From Wigglesworthia glossinidia endosymbiont of Glossina morsitans morsitans (Yale colony) (GTDB lineage Bacteria > Pseudomonadota > Gammaproteobacteria > Enterobacterales > Enterobacteriaceae): a stretch of DNA of 32,000 nucleotides. The notes beneath the pieces were generated by a model. It did not search any database, was not told where the DNA came from, and saw nothing but the letters and a program-made list of their open reading frames with translations. The first letter of the stretch is position 1; the number at the start of each line of letters is the position of its first letter. The position numbers and the translations under genes were made by a program. Below, piece after piece: positions 28,736 through 32,000 of this stretch. Where the stretch lies: contig NC_016893.1 of the NCBI RefSeq assembly GCF_000247565.1, positions 660,001-692,000 of the forward strand, in the 5' to 3' direction.

Positions 28736-29725
28736 TTATAATAAACTGTTTTTTGCAACTTCTAACGCAAAATACGTAATAATTGCATCAGCTCCAGCTC
28801 TTTTAATTGATCCAAGAGATTCTCTAATAATTTTTTTTTCTTCTATAGCGCCAGCTTTTGAAGCAAACTTAATCATCGAATATTCTCCACTCACTTGGTA
28901 TCCTATTAACGGTAAATAAACTCTTTCCCGTATATCTCGAATAATATCTAAAAAATTACTTGCTGGTTTAACAATTAATGCATCTGCTCCTTCTTCTACA
29001 TCAATTAAAGATTCTCTAATTGCTTCCCTACGATTCATCGGATTAATTTGATAAGTGGAACGATTTTCTGTTAAATTTGAATATGTAGCTTCTCTAAATG
29101 GTCCATACAATGCTGATTTAAATTTAGTAGAATATGAAATTATTCCAGTTTCATAAAATCCAGATCTATCTAATGCAAATCGAATAGCTTGTACTTGTCC
29201 ATCCATAGAAGCTGAAGGAGCAAGAAAATCTGCTCCTGAACTTGCTAAAATAATAGCTTGTCGTTCCAAATTTAAGATAGTTTGATCATTATTAACATTT
29301 TTTTTATCTAACACTCCACAGTGTCCATGGGTAGTATATGCACAAAAACACATATCAGATATTAAAACTATTTCTGGTGCAACATTTTTACAAATACGTA
29401 AAGCTCTTGAAATTATACTATTTGAATTCCATGTATTACTACCTTCATTGTCTAAGTGATGTGAAATTCCAAATACTATAATCGAACAAATTCCGGATTT
29501 TACATATTTTTCAATTTCATAAGATAATAATTTTTCTGGAATTCTAAAAATTCCAGGCATAGTAGAAATAGGTGCCATATGATTTAAATCTTCTTCTACA
29601 AAAATCGGTAAAATTAAATCACTTAATTTTATTTCGGTTTCTTGAAAAAGTACGCGAACTTTTTTTTTGCTTCTTAAACGTCTTAATCTAGAAAACTGAA
29701 CATGATTGTTTGTTATTAATTCCAT
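28736..29725 (-). CDS. hemB: Porphobilinogen synthase (delta-aminolevulinate dehydratase)
   Basis: 329 aa collinear with E. coli HemB. It has the Zn-binding Cys cluster DMCFCAYTTHGHCG, the Schiff-base lysine contexts (YSTKF, VKPA), and PSASMDGQVQAIR and YQVSGEY. Confidence 0.97.
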   Translation of the reverse strand: MELITNNHVQFSRLRRLRSKKKVRVLFQETEIKLSDLILPIFVEEDLNHMAPISTMPGIFRIPEKLLSYEIEKYVKSGICSIIVFGISHHLDNEGSNTWNSNSIISRALRICKNVAPEIVLISDMCFCAYTTHGHCGVLDKKNVNNDQTILNLERQAIILASSGADFLAPSASMDGQVQAIRFALDRSGFYETGIISYSTKFKSALYGPFREATYSNLTENRSTYQINPMNRREAIRESLIDVEEGADALIVKPASNFLDIIRDIRERVYLPLIGYQVSGEYSMIKFASKAGAIEEKKIIRESLGSIKRAGADAIITYFALEVAKNSLL

Positions 29726-29949
29726 AATATTCCATTCTAAATTAAAATTTAAAAAATTAAAATTTATAGATATATATATTTTTTTTAAAAAAAATTTTAT
29801 TTCATATATTTTACTAGATAATAAATATTTTTAATATATTTAAACATTTTAAAGAGCTGTTATAATACAAAAAAATTATTAAATATTAATATAATTATAA
29901 TTTTTAATAAAAATTTATTATTCATTTTACTCTAATTTTATAAAACAAT

Positions 29950-30960
29950 ATGTTATATAAATTAATTAAAAAAATTTTGTTTTACTTAGATCCAGAAAAA
30001 AAACAAAATTTAGTTTTAAAATACACAAAGTACATTCATCGTAGTCCTTTAAAATTTTTAATAAAAAATAAACTACCAACAAAAAATATTATTTGTATGG
30101 GTTTGAATTTCAAAAATATTCTCGGATTATCTGCAGGATTAGATAAAAATGGAGATTTTATAGAAATTTTTGATTCGATGGGTTTTGGATTTATTGAACT
30201 AGGTACAGTAACTCCAAATTCTCAAGTAGGAAGAAAGAAACCACGTTTATTTTATTTTCCAGAAATATGTGGAATAATTAATAGAATGGGATTTAATAAT
30301 TATGGCATAGATTATTTATTAGAAAATATTAAAAAAATAAAAAATATTAATACGAGAATAGGTATCAATATAGGAAAAAATCATAGTACACCTCTAGAAA
30401 GAGCGAAAGAAGATTATCTAATTTGTATAAAAAAAGCTTACTTGTATGCAGATTATATTACTATTAATATTTCTTCACCTAATACGAAAAATTTAAGGAA
30501 ATTACAATTTGGTGTATTATTGCATGAATTATTAAAAGAAGTTAAATTTTCACAAAAAAATTTATGTTCTTTATATAAAAAATATGTACCAATATTAATA
30601 AAAATTTCTCCCGATATTAATGATAATGAACTTATACAAATTGCAGATACCTTAATACATTATAAAATAGACGGTGTTATAGCGACAAATACAACTATTT
30701 GTCGTACTATGTTAAAAGAAACAAAATATCATGAACAAGGCGGATTAAGTGGAGCACCGTTGAAAAACATTAGTACAAATATAATAAAAAAATTAAATTT
30801 AGAATTAAGAGGTAAAATCCCAATTATTGGATCTGGCGGAATAGATTCTGCAGAGTCTGCAAAAGAAAAAGTTTATTCCGGAGCTTCTTTGATTCAAATA
30901 TATTCTAGTTTAGTATTTCACGGTGTATCTATAGTAAAAAAAATAATTAATGAAATGTAA
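29950..30960 (+). CDS. pyrD: Dihydroorotate dehydrogenase (quinone), class 2
   Basis: 336 aa, which I recall matches E. coli PyrD. Conserved segments include GLSAGLDKNG, IELGTVTP, PRLFYFPE, INRMGFNN, INISSPNT, ATNTT, GGLSG.PL and IGSGGI. Confidence 0.97.
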   Translation: MLYKLIKKILFYLDPEKKQNLVLKYTKYIHRSPLKFLIKNKLPTKNIICMGLNFKNILGLSAGLDKNGDFIEIFDSMGFGFIELGTVTPNSQVGRKKPRLFYFPEICGIINRMGFNNYGIDYLLENIKKIKNINTRIGINIGKNHSTPLERAKEDYLICIKKAYLYADYITINISSPNTKNLRKLQFGVLLHELLKEVKFSQKNLCSLYKKYVPILIKISPDINDNELIQIADTLIHYKIDGVIATNTTICRTMLKETKYHEQGGLSGAPLKNISTNIIKKLNLELRGKIPIIGSGGIDSAESAKEKVYSGASLIQIYSSLVFHGVSIVKKIINEM

Positions 30961-31040
30961 TACTTTTAAAAAATTTTTTTTAAATAAAAATTAAATTTTT
31001 ATTAGAAATTTTTGAAATAAATTTATTATATTTTAAAAAA

Positions 31041-32000
31041 ATGCGTATAAATAAATTATTTTTGTTATCCAGTTTTATTACATTATTATCTCGAATTTTT
31101 GGATTTATTCGAGATGTTGCTATTGCTTCTGTGTTTAGTCCAGGATTAAATACAGATGCTTTTTTTGTATCTTTTAGGATTCCTAATCTTTTAAGAAGAA
31201 TATTTGCAGAAGGTGCATTCTCACAAATTTTTGTACCTATATTAATCGAATATAAAAAAAAACATAATAAGAAAGAAACATATATTTTTATTTCTTGTGT
31301 TTTTAGGTGGTTAGCACTGTTAATTACTCTTATTGCTATTTTAGGAATAATAATTGCTCCTATTTTAGTTATCTTAATTGCTCCAGGATTTACTAAAAAT
31401 TTTGAACAATTTCAATTAACAGTTGCTTTAATTCGTATTTTATTTCCTTATGTAGTATTAATTTCGATTTCTTCTTTATTTGCATCTATTTTAAATTCTT
31501 TCAATCAATTTTTTGTTACTTTAATTTCTCCTATTTTTTTAAATATTAGTATGATTTTATTTGCATTATTTGTAGCACCAAAATTACATGTAAACAATAT
31601 TATTGCTTTAGCTTGGTCAGTATTAATAGGCGGAGCAATGCAGATTTGCTTTAATTTTGTTTTTTTGAAAAAAAATAAAATTAATATAAATTATTTTCGA
31701 TTAAAACAGCCTAAAATTTTAAAAATGTTTATTTTACTTGGTCCTGCTATTTTTGGAATTTCTATTAACCAAATTTTAATTTCAATAAACACTGCTATTT
31801 CTTCTTTTTTTTCTCCAGGCTCTATTTCTTGGATGTATTACGCAGATCGTATTGTTGAACTTCCAATAGGTATTTTAGGAGTATCAATTACTAATATTTT
31901 GTTGCCATATTTATCACGATTTTCATCTAGAAACGAAAATAAAAAATATTCAAACGTTTTATTTTGGGGTATTCGAATATGTTTTTTATGTGTTTTGCCA
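31041..32000 (+). CDS. murJ: Lipid II flippase MurJ (MviN), 3' end cut off by the window
   Basis: It is absent from the ORF track because no stop is reached. The ATG at 31041 opens a frame that runs to the window end (320 codons). [63 protein letters not shown] matches the E. coli MurJ N-terminus (..[48 protein letters not shown]), and [14 protein letters not shown] is also conserved. Confidence 0.93.
   Translation, partial: [320 protein letters not shown]

Noticed and set aside
28656-28919. An 87-aa ORF beginning inside the tRNA-Leu gene and running antisense to the 3' end of hemB
   Set aside because: It overlaps a clear tRNA and a clear hemB coding region, so it is spurious.
1-32000. A search for CRISPR arrays, IS elements with terminal inverted repeats, integrases, prophage, toxin-antitoxin or defence genes, rRNA, and long direct or tandem repeats
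   Set aside because: None was found. Every long ORF is accounted for by a housekeeping ortholog, and no repeated spacer-repeat architecture or transposase-like ORF is present.

Overview
This window looks like a core chromosomal segment of a strongly reduced, extremely AT-rich gammaproteobacterial (Enterobacterales-derived) insect endosymbiont. Gene content and protein style resemble Wigglesworthia, Buchnera or Blochmannia. I lean towards Wigglesworthia because heme, pantothenate and thiamine-related genes are retained, but that cannot be confirmed without a database search. Nearly every long ORF is a clear ortholog of an E. coli housekeeping gene. In order they are lon (5'-truncated by the window), ppiD, cyoEDCBA, panE, a ThiI-derived rhodanese-only ORF, ispA, dxs, degQ/degP-family protease, yhcB(zapG), zapE, rplM, rpsI, tadA, purL, pykA, pitA, pssA, murI, tRNA-Leu(CAA), hemB, pyrD and murJ (3'-truncated). 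I found no mobile elements, CRISPR arrays, rRNA, phage, defence or toxin systems, and no convincing novel multi-gene system. Three observations stand out. (1) Two otherwise well-conserved genes, zapE and the normally essential pssA, are each split by a single frameshift. Each frameshift lies exactly inside one of the longest internal poly(A) tracts in the window (A10 and A11), the pattern described for slippage-rescued genes in endosymbionts. (2) thiI is reduced to its C-terminal rhodanese domain with the catalytic Cys kept, still at its ancestral position between panE and ispA-dxs. (3) Several convergent gene pairs are separated by only 3-26 bp, the tRNA lacks an encoded CCA, and single genes have been lost from otherwise conserved E. 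coli gene neighbourhoods. All alignments were made by eye against remembered E. coli sequences. No computations or searches were run.
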